Positions 1-17,235 of a DNA stretch of 64,000 bases are shown piece after piece. Both the position numbers and the translations under genes were made by a program. Each line of letters opens with the position of its first letter. The stretch's first letter is position 1. Source of the stretch: the human T2T-CHM13v2.0 reference genome, Homo sapiens; assembly GCF_009914755.1 (NCBI RefSeq), contig NC_060929.1; one strand, 5' to 3'. The notes under the pieces are model-generated. The model was given only the letters and a program-made list of their open reading frames with translations. It searched no databases and had not been told where the DNA came from.

Positions 1-1778
1 ATGTCTTTGAAGGGTGAGAGGTGGCCCCTGAATCACAGGGAAAGCTGGGCATTGGGAATGCCCGGCTTTCCCAGAGCAGACATTACCTAAAAATGAGAAA
101 CTGTGTTTGGTGGGCTAGACATTATTTCATGTTATTCTGTTCGCTATCTCTATGAATTCACGAGTCAGCAAGGGTAGGAAAGAGAGGTGAGGAAGACAGA
201 AGAGCGAGCATGCAGTGCGCCCTCCATGGGATCACTGAGGACAGCTGACTCCTTCTTCTGAGGGAAGGGCAGCATCACAAAGGGGATAGAAATGGAATTC
301 GGCCTGTGTCTCAATTTTGTAGGTCTGGCACCTGCTTACAGCCTTGATTTTAACTGAACCAATCTAGCTGTCCTTCCTTCACTCACTCCTTTCAATAAAT
401 ATTGAGGGTCAAGTATTTGTGAGTACTAGGAAATGCAAGGTCAGGAAGATGAACTTTGTTTCCCAAAGAGCCTGCTGCAAACAGGGAAAGCACATAGGTG
501 ATTATATTAGGAGAACCTGTGAGTAGAAGCACAAAGTTCCCCCAGAGCATTTGCACCAGCCCTCCATATTGTCACTCACCAAGAGACAGGCAGTGTTTCT
601 TATTTCAAGAATGAAAGCATCTTTTGGGAACTTTTTTGTACTTCCACGTTTGTACTTCCAAATTCATTGTTTTTGAGGAACATAATCAAGTAGCATAATG
701 TCAAGCTGCTGCCTAAATTAAGATCTCTTCCTTCATTTCACTCTCACCACAAAATCAGTGATTACAATCAAATAAACAATTACCTTTGTCTGGTAAAATC
801 TGCTTTTAATTAACCTATGTTTGTTCCTCACTGAAAATGCCTCCATGAAGAGTGCACCTAGTGAGTCCTTCTGCTCCAGTACCTTGAAGAACAGACAGGC
901 AATAAGCAAATGGCCTAATGGCCCCATAGCTCCTCCATTCTCAAGACCATAAATCTCAAAAAAATCAGGTCTGCACATGCAGAACCAGAAACCGGAGCTT
1001 GCCATAGGCTGCTTTTGAGGACACAGAGTTGTCTGGAGAATGGGAGAAAGGGAAGACTGGCTGTGAAGGATGGAAGAGGCTCTATAAGAAGAATCAAGAC
1101 TTTAATCTGCCTGGTTATAAAGGTATTATGTCAGCTTCATAAGGTGTTATAATGACATTTTTCCTAATCTCTTGACATTTTCACATCATTAGAAACAATA
1201 AATCTCTTCCTGATGAGTCACACATTGTCCAAAAGCCATGGTCACTTTGAAGTTTCAACCAAAAGAGGAAATTTTATCAACAATACAAACAGCCCAGACT
1301 TGAGCAGACATTTATCCAAAGAAAATATACAAATGGCCAAAAGCACATGAAAAGATTCTCAACATCAATAATCATTAGAAAGAGCAAATCAAAACCACAA
1401 TGAAATAACACCTCACCGCCCATCAGGATAGTTGTAATCAAAAATACAGAAAATAACAAATGTTGGTGAGGACGTGGAGAAATCGGAGCCCTTGTGTGCT
1501 GTTGGTAGGAATCTAAAATGATTTGGCCACTATGGAAAATAGTATGATGGTTTTTCAAAATGCTAAAAATAGAACTACCATATGATCCCACAATTCCACT
1601 TCTAAGTATTTAACCAAAACAATTGAAAGCAGAGTCTTGAAGAGAGATTTGCACATCCATGTCTGTAGCAGCACTATTCACAATAGTCAAAAGGGAGAAG
1701 CAACCCAAGCGTCCATTGACAGATGAATAAATAAACAAAATGTGTCACAAACACACAATGGAATATTATTCAGACTTA

Positions 1779-2138
<360 letters not shown>

Positions 2139-2944
2139 CTACAATATGGATGAACTTGGAAGACATTATGGCCAAGTGAAATAAGCTAGTCACAAAAAGG
2201 CAAGTACTGTGAGATTCCACTTCTGTGAGGTACTACAGAACTGGACACTTAAAAATGATTAAGATGTTAAATTTTATGTTATGTGTATTTTTACCACAAT
2301 TTTTTTAAATCAACAAACCAAAGAATAAAAATATAAAAAGAGAAAATATGCTGGCATTAACTATTAAATACCACATGTTTAGCTACCAAGGATTCTTTTG
2401 CTCCATGCATCCCCAACCCAGCTTCTTCTCCCCTTCATGCCATCATGGCCTGGCTGTTATGTGGGGCAATAAGAAGATATGGAGATGGAGATAGAAATGG
2501 AGAGAGACAGTGAGACAGAGACACACAGAGAGAGAAATATCTGTATCCCTCTCTTCTATGTGAATAATAGGACTTGAATGGGATTAAATACTTATCCAAA
2601 GGAGCCTGAGACTTTTACCAACCAGATTAATATGAAAATCACTAGACTTGGTTAACTTACCATAAGTGACTGACATTTTATGAGCAGGCAACATCTTGAT
2701 TCCCCTCACCCCATGTCTGGAGAAAAAGATTCAAAGAAGCAAGTTGATGGCAGTTTTAGAAAACAGCAAAGTACTCCCATATTTGTATTTTACTGAATGA
2801 AGACTACTCAACTATGAGTCTAGGTTTATGCCCCGGCATACGAATGATCTTTGGGATTTAGTCTGCAATTAGGAAAAGCTGCTGGCACTTGGTGGTAATA
2901 GTTGGTCACATTCATGTGTGCTAAAGAGATGGCAGACTCTATAG

Positions 2945-3156
2945 CAGGAGTTTTCAACCAGGAATGACTTCACCCCCTAGGAGATGTCTGACAGTATACA
3001 GAGACATTTCTAGTTGTCACAGGTTGGAGGTTGCTACTGGCATCTGGTGAGTGAGCCAGTGATACTGCTAAACCTCCTACAACACATAGGACAGCTGCCT
3101 ACAACAGAAAATGATCTGAGCCAAAATGTCAGTAGTGCTGGGGTAGAGAAACTCTG
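2945..3156 (+). mobile_element. MER20 hAT-Charlie DNA transposon
   Basis: caggagttttcaacc...gttgtcacaggttggaggttgctactggcatc...aaatgtcagtagtgctggggtagagaaactctg. Confidence 0.85.
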
Positions 3157-3926
3157 CTGCAGATGAGATTCACCAGAAACGGGGACAACTGCAGTTTCCC
3201 GCTTTGGTTCCTGTATTAAAATAGCTAAGTGAATATGAAAAATAAAATGGTCACATAAATCAGCTACATAGAGAAGTCTGGTCCTCTGCTAGGGAGGTTG
3301 AGGGGCAGCAGCTTCTCTATCAAGTCCACCCCTACTGCGGCCAGCTTTCCCAGCCAGACTCAGCCAAGCATCTGCCATGCAGCAGCAGGCTAACCTTGCT
3401 TGTTCTATTTTGGAGTTGCAGAGGCCAACAGAGCAGCTAGCCTGCTGAATGATTCCTCAATGAACCTGATTCTGAAAGCCCTTTTCTCACCCTACCTGAG
3501 CTTCCCTGCTGGGCACTCCTACACAGTCAACTCCTCCCTCCAGGAAGCAAGATCCTCCCAGAGTTCAACAGCTTGTCCTAAAGCTTACATTTATGGCTGC
3601 CTCTTGCAAGCCTAGGGCTGAATCTAAATGGCCATTAAGAAGGCATAATCCTCTCCTGCAGAATTCCTATAAGAATTATCAGCAGAATAGCAGAAGTGTG
3701 TAGGGCAGGGACACATTTAGCTGCAAGCATATTTCAATATTATGGTCTCAGGTTTGAGAGCTCTGTTTATACTGTGTAAACAACTTTCTGGGTACAAATT
3801 AATATTCTGAAGATTAACAATTAACTGTCCTTTATCCTGAATTGATCTAATACTCGAGATCAAATTGATCACCAAGCTTGAAGAGAACATGACTTTTGAA
3901 TATTCTGAATTCCTGCTTGCACCTAC

Positions 3927-4228
3927 CAATCGTTTCTGTAATAATTTTATGTCTATCACAACATAGGATCAGCAGAAGCCAGTAAGTAGGACCTAGATTC
4001 CTGAGAGGCTGGGGATTAATGCAAAGACCTGTGACCTTGTATCTGCATATGTTCTGTATTTTTTTTTTCAATTTTGTGGGAGTTTTCACTAAATTTCTTG
4101 GTATTCAGAAAGGATCCTTGAAGATATTAGGAATCATTGCTTTAGAGTATATGCAATTACTTCAGTGGAAATGTGATTTCAAATTTATTCTCAGCAAATT
4201 TGAAGAAACAACAGCCCACTCAGCTCCT
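3927..4228. repeat. Inverted repeat, left arm (partner 4954-5252)
   Basis: Reverse complement of 4954-5252 aligns along about 300 bp with about 29 mismatches (hand count) plus a poly-T length difference; ORF-track peptides 4019..4252(+) and 4843..5148(-) are near identical. Confidence 0.97.
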
Positions 4229-4304
4229 CTGTACCCAGACTGTAGAATCTGATCTACAGCAGGGTTTCCCTACCCCAGCACTACCGACACTTTGGCTCGG
4301 ATCA
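4229..4304 (-). repeat. Inverted copy of the MER20 end plus its unique flank (3112-3187)
   Basis: cagggtttccctaccccagcactaccgacactttggctcggatca matches rc(3112-3156) at 40/45; similarity continues into the flank (gaatctgatctacag vs gaatctcatctgcag). Confidence 0.85.
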
Positions 4305-4953
4305 GCTTCCAAGTTTTAGAAGAAGTTGGGAACGTGGGAACTACTCTATGTCTTCTAAGTGTTTCTGGCAATCTGCTCTCCATCTTCTGGCCACTCTATG
4401 CTTTCTCCACTGTAATCACAAGCCAGCCCTTCCCATGGTAAACAAGACCACTCATTAAAAGAATATTATTTATTCGCCCCTTTAGCATAGCACTAGAGTT
4501 CCATCAGACCTCTACATTCCACCAGTTCAAAGAAGAAAAAATATGTATCTCCATGTAAATGCATCACCCCACAAAAAAAAAATAAGATTTAGGTTGACTA
4601 TTTCTCTCCAACAAATTTCCCCATCATTTTCTATCTTCTGAAGATGGGCAAAAAGTTGTTATTGAATTTCTTCCCTTGTTTTATTTAATTTGAACTCGAA
4701 TTTAAATGCAGTGGTTCCCCAAGAAACTGTTACAGCCTGAGGTTTTCATAGCCAGTTTCGAGCTACAAACTCAAGCTTATCTACAAATGTACATTTTTAA
4801 ATAATACTGAAATAGAACTTACAAACTGAGATTCTAGTGTTTTCACAAGGACGATTTATTAGTAAACAAATAAAAAAATTGAGAAAGTAAAGTTTTGTGT
4901 ATGAAAGTAAGTACACTGTTCCAGAAACGCCATCCCTCTGAATGTGTTAGGTA

Positions 4954-5252
4954 AGGAGCTGAGTGGACTGATGTTTCATCAGATTTGCTGAGAATAAATT
5001 TGGAATCACGTTTCCACCAAAGTAATTGCATATCCTCTAGAGCAATCGTTCCTAATTTTTTCAAAGATCCTTTTTGAATACCAAGAAATTTAGTGAAAAC
5101 TCCCACAAAATTGAAAAAAATGCAGAATATATGCATATAGATGCTCACAGGTCTTCACATTGATCCCCAGCCTCTCAAGAGTCTGGGTCCTACTTACTGG
5201 CTTCTGCTGATCCTATGTTGTGATAGACGTAAAATTATTACAGAAACGATTG
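4954..5252. repeat. Inverted repeat, right arm (partner 3927-4228)
   Basis: See left arm; spacer 725 bp. Confidence 0.97.
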
Positions 5253-6024
5253 TCCCATGCAAACATCCTAGAACTTGCTCACTGCTCCTATTAAAACTTC
5301 ACAGATAACTGTGCCTACATCTTATCTGCCTATGTTAGAAAATAAATGTCCTCTTCTTTTTCTTCAGTCTTCATACATAGTCTACTATTGATGTTTTATG
5401 CCCTATAAATTTACCTTTCTAATACTCTCTAATTAAATCTAAAAACTGCTTGCCTTCTTCTTAAGCATACGGTTGAGTTGTGAGAACCCATAGACTTCAT
5501 GAAGGGCCTTTCTATATGCAAACAATAAATGTGATAACTGATCATTCCCACCATTGGGATGATTATCTACATAAATCTTAAGTGCACCATTGAAAGCCAT
5601 ATTAAATCATCCTGCTGGTCCATTGCATTGTGGGAGATAAGTCAGCACTTTTACATCTTTAACTGAACTGCAGTATCCCAGGAAATTCACACCCTCGTCT
5701 GCAAAAATCTCCCAAAGAAATCCAGGCCAAAATTGAACCATGCCAATTCTCACCGATCTTGTAGGCATAAGAATGCAATGTCCTGCTGCTTCCCTAGTCC
5801 CTTATATCATGAAAGGTGCTTCCACAATAAACGTTATGCACTTTTAAGAGGCATTTTCTAATTCCTAAGCGCTCTAAAAAAAAAAAACTTCGTACTGACA
5901 GATCAAGAAGACTGTGGGCGGTTTGGTCATTCTTCTTTTCCTGCCTCTGGCACACCTCACCACCTACATATTTTCATGCATCTGGCTTTGGATCATAGAA
6001 TCCTAGACATTATTTGGGTGGCAT

Positions 6025-6490
6025 GGATTCATGAACACCCATAAACTTGGATGGGGGAAAAAATGACATCTTTATTTTCACTAACTTCTAACTTAAATTT
6101 AGTATTTCCTTCAAATATGAATGCAGGCAGCAAACCTAGTCTCAGAGACTTTATGGCCAAGAGAAATCACAGATATTTTCATATCACATTAAGCTTGTGC
6201 AGGTATCTCAAAATATTTACTCTCATCACTATTTCAAAATTTCAGTCGCTGTTAGAGCTGCCATGAGAGCTTGCTGTTTAATGTGGTAATAAAGCCCATA
6301 TATCACAACCACTAAATCCCCAATTTGAGGTATATATATATTTGATTATTATATTTAACCATTATATTATAATTGGTTTCCTTAGCAATTCTATGTATTT
6401 TATTTTATGCATTTAAAAACATTATTTGGAGAAAGAGTCCGTGGCCCTTATCTGATAGCCAGAGGTCCAGGGCACAAAGAAGATTTGCTT
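6025..6490 (+). mobile_element. hAT-Charlie DNA transposon relic (Charlie4a-like)
   Basis: gatgggggaaaaaatgacatctttattttcactaac...agaaatcacagatattttcatatcacatt...ggtccagggcacaaa. Confidence 0.65.
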
Positions 6491-6663
6491 TCTTCCCTGA
6501 CTCATCACAGCCACATCCTCCAGTACCCTGCATTGTTTTCAATATACTACTTTAAGGAGCCCTGGATACCTCCTGTGTGCCCTGTGTTGTAGGGGGCTAT
6601 TCCTGTTTGGCCTCTACAGATGAGATATTCTGAGCAGAAGGTCTGTCCAGGTGACCTTATCTT

Positions 6664-6997
6664 TTTTTTTTTTTTTAACTTTTGCAAATCTTGTTTATTA
6701 TAGAAAGATTATAGTGGTTAAAAAGCTTCCAGTTTTATAAGTTGACCTCAAAACAGTGTAATTGTGTGTGTGTGTGTTTTCTTTTCTTTAAATTTTTTTT
6801 ATAATTATAATTTTTATTTTTAATTCAGGGGATGTATGTACAGGTTTGTTACAGGAGTATATGGCTTGATGCTGAGACTTGTGGTGCCACTGATGCTGAG
6901 CATAGCACCCAATAAATTTTTAAACCTTGACCTCCTCCTCCCCCCCGCCCCCTAGTCGTTCCCAGTGGCTATTGTTCCCATCTTTATGTCCATGAGT
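6664..6997 (-). mobile_element. 5'-truncated older primate L1 (L1PA13-16/L1PB-like 3' end) with 3' transduction and TSD
   Basis: L1 3' UTR at about 6815-6997; TSD caggtgaccttatctt (6648-6663) / caggtgagctcatctt (6998-7013); T15 at 6662-6676. Confidence 0.85.
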
Positions 6998-7284
6998 CAG
7001 GTGAGCTCATCTTGATAGTCACCCCTTGTGACTTTTTTTCCACACCTTACAGGGGAAATGGCATGGTTCTCCAAAGGCCTCCCAGTCATTAGCAGGAATG
7101 AATGAGGGCCCTTGGAGAACATTTCATCTGCCTCCTAGTTACAGTCAAGTCAATAGAATTCCAGAGAGCAACACAATGGCCTGCCTCAGATTCCCACAGA
7201 TAGTGAATTGCCCTGACTAGTTAATTAGAAAGTTCTTTTCTATATATTACACATGCACAAATACAATGACTAGCATTTCAGTGT

Positions 7285-7612
7285 ATTTTTTATTTTTTTA
7301 ATTGACACATAATAGTTGTATTATGTATTATGGGATACAGTGTATGATGTTTCAATGCATATATACAATGTGTATTTAGCATATATACAAGGTATTTAGC
7401 ATATCCATCACCTCAGACATCCGTCACTTCTTTGTGGCAAGACCATTCAGAATCCTCTCTTCTGTCTTCTTTGAAATATATACCATAGCATTGTTTACTA
7501 TCCTCACCCTACTATGCCATAGAACACCAGAACACATTCCTCCTATCTAACTGCAACCTTGCACCATTGACCAATCTCACTCCATCATCCCTCCTCCCTA
7601 ACCCCCAAGCCT
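7285..7612 (-). mobile_element. L1MA 3' end fragment
   Basis: ttaattgacacataatagttgta...agcatatccatcacctca...agaacaccagaacacattcctcctatctaactg. Confidence 0.8.
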
Positions 7613-7624
7613 CACACGACTAGT

Positions 7625-7830
7625 GTTTTTTCATGCTCATTGTTTACCAGGTACTGTTCTAAGTGCTTGACATGTTAACTCCTTTCATTATCACAGTGGC
7701 CCCATTAGGTAAGTTCTATAATTATTCATATTTTAAAGATGAGGAGATAGAGGAAGAGAGTGGTTAAGAGACTTCCTAGTCTACATCAAGCAGTGATGAA
7801 GCCAGGATCCACATCAGGCTGTCACTTTTC
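7625..7830 (-). mobile_element. MIR SINE
   Basis: ccaggtactgttctaagtgctt...attttaaagatgaggagatagagg core. Confidence 0.65.
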
Positions 7831-8810
7831 CCCCAGCCCCTTTACTGTCCTGCCTCCCAACCCGCTACCACCACAGAGCAAGTGGAAGCTGATTAAAAAA
7901 CAAACAAACAAAAAATAAAACCACCTCAGCACCAAACTGAGCAGAGGCAATCCCCCCAAGGTCTCTTTGGCTTGCAGAGATCAAACAGTTTTCTCATCAT
8001 CTTGTAAAATAGGGATACAAAGGCCTACCTTTCAGGGGTGGTCTGAAAGTTAAATAAAACACATGTATCAAGTGCTAAGTGTGTTCAGTGCATAAGTTCC
8101 CCAAAACAGTAGTTATTACAATATTTGCTATTATTTTTGTCAAGATGTACACAAAAGATAGTGGACAAAGAAGAGATGGATGATGAATAACAAACCTTCA
8201 GGGATATGGGAATGAGCAGAAAATCATGGTCAAAGTATAAGAGAGGTCATGCAATCCAACCCACATTTATGCCAGTCTACTGGGCCCCTCCAGGCTCCTG
8301 AGGTTTAAAATTGACCTATTGCCTCTGTCTTCCCCTAGATTTGTCCCTGCACGTGTTTCCCTTCCTTCGTGAAAGTTGCCATATTGGCCTTCTTTCACCC
8401 GCTTTCTTACCTCCCTCCTCCAAGTTCCATCCACAAATCCTGTCAACCTGCCCCAGAAATATCTCAAACAGTTCAAAACATAATTCAAGCACTGAATTTA
8501 ATTCCCTTTCAAAATTAGCTCCAGGTGACCAAAGAAAATCCATATGGATGCTGGAAAATTGGAAAGGTTGAAAACGACATTTAAATGATATTCAAGGATT
8601 TCCCACATGGAAAGCAAGACCAGCCAGAATAGGAGTCTCTGGCCCACAACCACCAAATGCAAGGGGAAACCCACATGGCAACAAGTAGCAGGGAGCCTCA
8701 GCAAAGCCACCCAGCACTTCCTGGCTTGGGAAGTGTGAGGGATGTCAGTCTGTTTTGACTATTTCACCTCCTCACCTCCTTCTTTGAGGGAACTGTGCCT
8801 ATTCCACTGG

Positions 8811-9615
8811 TGTAATTGCACAATGGGTTCTTCTTGTCCTCTGCACAAATAAACCCGTTCACTGAGACAGCATCATTGCAGCAAAGAAAGAGTTTAACAC
8901 AAGCCTGACCAAGCAGAAGGACAGGAGTTTTTTATTACTCAAATCAGCCTCCCTGAGAACTCACAGGCTATGGTTTTATGGATAATTTGTTGGGCAGGGG
9001 GCTAGGGAATGGGTGTTGCTGACTGGTTGGGGATGAAATCTTACGGGTGTGATAAATGGTCCTTGTGTGCTGAATCTGTCTCTGGGTGGGGGCCACAGGA
9101 ATGGTTGAGTGATGAGCCACAGGTCTGGGTGGGGTCAGTTAGTTGCCAGAATGCAAAAGTCTAAAAAATATCTCAAAAGACCAATCTTAAGTTTCACAAT
9201 AGTAATGTTATCTACAGGAACCATTGGAAATATCACAAATTTTGTGACCTCTGGCCACGTGATTCCTGAGCAGCAAGGGATTACAGAAAGACAAGCAAGA
9301 GGACAACAGCTGGTTAATGTTTATCTACACCTACATCTTAGCAGAATCTAGTTCCCTCCCATAATCCCAATCGTGTGGCCTTTCATTTGTCTTACAAAGG
9401 TAGTTTCAGTCCTCAACCAAAGAGAGGATCAGTTTTAGGAAGGGACCATTATCATCCTTGCTTAAAAGTTAAATTATAAACTACATTTCTCCCATGGGTA
9501 GCTTGGCCCATACCCAGGTATAAGCAAGGCCAGCCAGCTGTGAGACTAGAAGCAAGAGGAGGGTCAGTCATGCTAGATATATCTTGCTGTCACAATCTTT
9601 GCACAGGTGGTTTCA
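8811..9615 (-). mobile_element. Solo ERV1 LTR (LTR8 family)
   Basis: tgtaattgcacaatgggttc...tattactcaaatcagcctccc...atctttgcacaggtggtttca; TG...CA ends; 4-bp TSD ctgg/gtgg. Confidence 0.85.
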
Positions 9616-10609
9616 GTGGGGCTCCCAACCACAGGATTTGCCATACCCTAACCACAGAGGTGGGTATGAGACTGAGGTAGGTCAAATAGACTTTCCCTCC
9701 TGAGAATTCAACCTTGGTTGAGACACAGAGGGATGAGAAAGGGTAGCTGAACCACTGTAATAACACCAAGATCTCCAGAACTGCACTATGTCTGGCTCTC
9801 CCATGGCCCATGGTCCATCTTCCTTTGATTTTATAAGATATCTCAGTGCTCCTGGTGTTTATTTCACTATTATGCTTCATAACACATGTGTACACTACAT
9901 ATATCCTTCAATAATACATAAATCAATATTTCATAATCAACATTAAAGAATAAAAGAGCCAAAACAAGAGAATTTTAAAATATCTGCTCTCAGATAGTGG
10001 GGATAGGACTTGCTACAGACTCGAATGAAAGGAAAGAATTATGTGCTAATTCTGCTAAGGAAAATGGAAACCATTAAAATGCCTTAAAAGAACTAAAGAA
10101 ATGAAAACTCTAACCAGGTAAGAAAGGGAGTTAGTGGGATCTCAGTGAGGTTGAAGGCTCCACACCTCTTACACTTAACTAAAACATTGAACCCTATGGA
10201 CATGGGCTGCTGGATCATCTCATTGAAGGATGTGGTCTAGGAGACCCAATAGTTTCTTTATAGGCAACCATTAAAAAGACCAGCATGTCTATTTCATCCA
10301 CAGGAAGACCCGAGCATCCAAGGCATGAATCACACAACAAATTCTCTTCAAGAAAAGCAACGAGGTTCCAAGATGGCTGAATAGGAACAGCTCCAGTCTA
10401 TAGCTCCCAGTGTGAGTGATGCAGAAGATGGGTGATTTCTGCATTTCCAACAGAGGTACCAGGTTCATCTCACTGGAGCTTGTCAGACAGTGGGTGCAGT
10501 CCACAGAGTGTGAGCCGAAGCAGGGGCATCGCCTCACCTAGGAAGCACAAGGGGTCAGGGAATTCCCTTTCCTAGCCAAGGGAAGCCGTGACAGACGGTA
10601 CCTGGAAAA

Positions 10610-10792
10610 TCAGGACACTCCCACCCTAATACTGCGCTTTTCCAATGGTATTAGCAAATGGCACACCAGGAGATTATATCCCACACATGGCTCTGAGGGT
10701 CCCATGCCCATGAAGCCTCGCTCAGGGCTAGCACAGCAGTCTGAGATCAAACTGCAAGGTGGCAGCAAGGCTGGGGGAGGGGCGTCCACCAT
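10610..10792 (-). other. L1 antisense ORF0 homolog (60 aa, C-terminally shortened)
   Basis: MVDAPPPALLPPCSLISDCCAS...GPSEP...EKRSIRVGVS matches primate L1 ORF0p; ATG retained. Confidence 0.8.
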
Positions 10793-11366
10793 TGCTGAGG
10801 CTTCAGTAAGTAAACAAAATGCCCGGGAAGCTCGAACCGGGTGGAGCCCACCGCAGCTCAAGGAGGCCTGCCTGCCTCTGTAGACTCCACCTCTGGGGGC
10901 AGGGCATAGCCAAACAAAAGGCAGCAGAAACCTCTGCAGACTTAAATGTCCCTGTCCGACAGCTTTGAAGAGAGCAGTGGTTCTCCCAGCATGGAGTTTG
11001 AGATCTGAGAATGGACAGACTGCCTCCTCAAGTGGGTAACTGACCGAAAAACAGCCTAACTGGGAGGCACCTCCCAGTAGGGGCCAACTGACACCTCATA
11101 CGGCCGGGTGCCCCTCTGAGATGAAGCTTCCAGAGGAAGGATCAGGCACCAACATTTGCCATTCTGCAATATTTGTTATTTTGCAGCCTTAGCTGGTGAT
11201 ACCCAGGCAAACAGGGTCTGGAGTGGACCTCCAGCAAACTCCAACAGACCTGCAGCTGAGGGGCCTGACTGTCAGAAGGAAAACTAACAAACAGAAAGGA
11301 CATCCACACCAAAATCCCATCTATACGTCACCATCATCAAAGACCAAAGGTAGATAAAACCACAAA

Positions 11367-12390
11367 GCTGGGGAGAAACCAGAGCAGAAAAGCTGAAAAT
11401 TCTAAAAATCAGAGCGCCTCTTCTCCTAGAAAGGAACGCAACTCCTTGCCAGCAATGGAACAAAGCTAGATGGAGAATGACTTTCACGAGTTGAGAGAAG
11501 AAGGATTCAGACGATTAGTAATAAGAAACTTCTCTGACCTACATGAGGATGTTCGAACCAATCACAAAGAAGATAAAAACCTTGAAAAAAGATTAGATGA
11601 ATGGCTAACTAGAATAAACAGCATAGAGAAGACCTTAAATGACCTGATGGAGCTGAAAACCACAGCACAAGAACTACGTGATGCATGCACAAGCTTCAGC
11701 CGCCGATTAGATCAAGTGGAAGAAAGGGTATCAGTAACTGAAGATCAAATGAATGAAAAGAAGCGAGAAGAGAAGTTTAGAGAAAAAGGACTAAAAAGAA
11801 ATGAACAAAGCCTCCAAGAAATATGGGACTATATGAAAAGACCAAATCTACATCTGATTGATGTACCTGAAAATGACAGGGAGAATGGAACCAATGTGGA
11901 AAACATTCTGCAGGATATTATCCAGGAGAACTTCCCCAACCTAGCAAAGCAGGCCAACATTCAAATTCAGGAAATACAGAGAATGCCACAAAGATACTCC
12001 TCGAGAAGAGAAACTCCAAGACACATAATTGTCAGATTTACCAAGGTTGAAATGGAGGAAAAAATGTTAAGGGAAGCCAGAGAGAAAGGCTGGGTTACCC
12101 ACAAAGGGAAGCCCATCAAACTAACAGCAGATCTCTCTGAAGAAACTCTACAAGCCAGAAGAGAATGGGGGCCAATATTCAACATTCTTAAAGAAAAGAA
12201 TTTTCAACCCAGAATTTCATATCCAGCCAAACTAAGCTTCATAGTGAAGGAGAAATAAAATCCTTTACAGACAAGCAAATGCTGAGAGATTTTGTCAGCA
12301 CCAGGCCTGCCTTACAAGAGCTCCTGAAGGAAGCACTAAACATGGAAAGGAACAACTGGTACAAGCCACTGCAAAAAGATGCCATTGTAA
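11367..12390 (+). pseudogene. L1-a ORF1p remnant (start ATG changed to CTG, stop and frameshift)
   Basis: ORF 11470..12258 has ENFPNLA, TPRHIIVRF and REWGPIF motifs. Confidence 0.95.
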
Positions 12391-12453
12391 AGACCATCGA
12401 TGCTAGGAAGAAACTGCATCAACGAACGAGCAAAATAACCAGCTAACATCATA

Positions 12454-16261
<3,808 letters not shown>

Positions 16262-17129
16262 ACAATGAGAACACTTGGACAAAGGATGGGGAACGTCACA
16301 CATCAGGGCCTGTTGTGGGGTGGGGGGAGGGGGAAGGGATAGCATTAGGAAATATATCTAATGTAAATGACAAGTTAATGAGTGCAGCACAGCAACATGG
16401 CACATGTATACATATGTAACAAACCTGCACGTTGTGTACATGTACACTAGAACTTAAAGTATAATTTTTTTTAAAAAAAAAAGAAAGGAAAAGCAACATC
16501 TTTCTGCTTAGGATGAGAGCCTAATATACTTGGAATGATAAAACTTCTTTTTCAGTGAGTATCATTTTACCCTTGGAACCTTCCAAGGTTTCAAGGTATT
16601 TTAACACGCAAGTATTTTAAGTATTTTAAGGTAGATTACACACATCTTAACACCTACCCTATAACACTTGAGCACACACAGTGTGATGCCTTAATATGTT
16701 AGTTTAAGTTATAAACTAGGCACAGCCAGTGGCCTGATGGAGACTCCCTAGCCAGTCAGCAGGTCACCAGCAAATCCACACACCAGAGAGGGCTACAGTA
16801 AGAGCGTGAGCCAGGCACATCTTCATCAACATCAAAGGCTTTTCTAACTGACCTAGTGAAGACCAGTGGTTTCTGTTGGTGGAATTAATGGTATTCAAGT
16901 TGTATGATAGAGTAAGATATTTCAGTAAATATCCCCACACTTCATGAACAGCACAAGCATCCCAGGAAATGATGCCACTCAACATTTAATGTCCCAAGAG
17001 TCCCAGGTCCCCCACCAAGTCAGGAGCAGTCTGGACTGCAGATACCATCATATCTACCTTAGATGAACCTGCCACGCAATCGGTCAGACTACGCACAAGA
17101 CAGAGAACATACAAAAAATGACCAGTATA

Positions 17130-17235
17130 GGAGATAACGCATATGTTAATTAGCTCAATACAGCCATTACACAATTTATACATATTTTAAAACATCATGT
17201 TATACATGACAAATATGTACAACTTTGTGAATTTT
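17130..17235 (+). mobile_element. L1M extreme 3' end fragment
   Basis: gcatatgttaattagctcaatacagccatt...tacatattttaaaacatcatgtt. Confidence 0.6.

Noticed and set aside
4019-5148. Pair of similar ORFs on opposite strands as a duplicated small gene
   Set aside because: By-product of the inverted duplication; differing poly-T length and no gene structure.
5754-5873. Possible minus-strand exon (poly-T + AG acceptor, G/GTGAG donor)
   Set aside because: Stops in all three frames and a competing AG just upstream; not supportable without RNA data.
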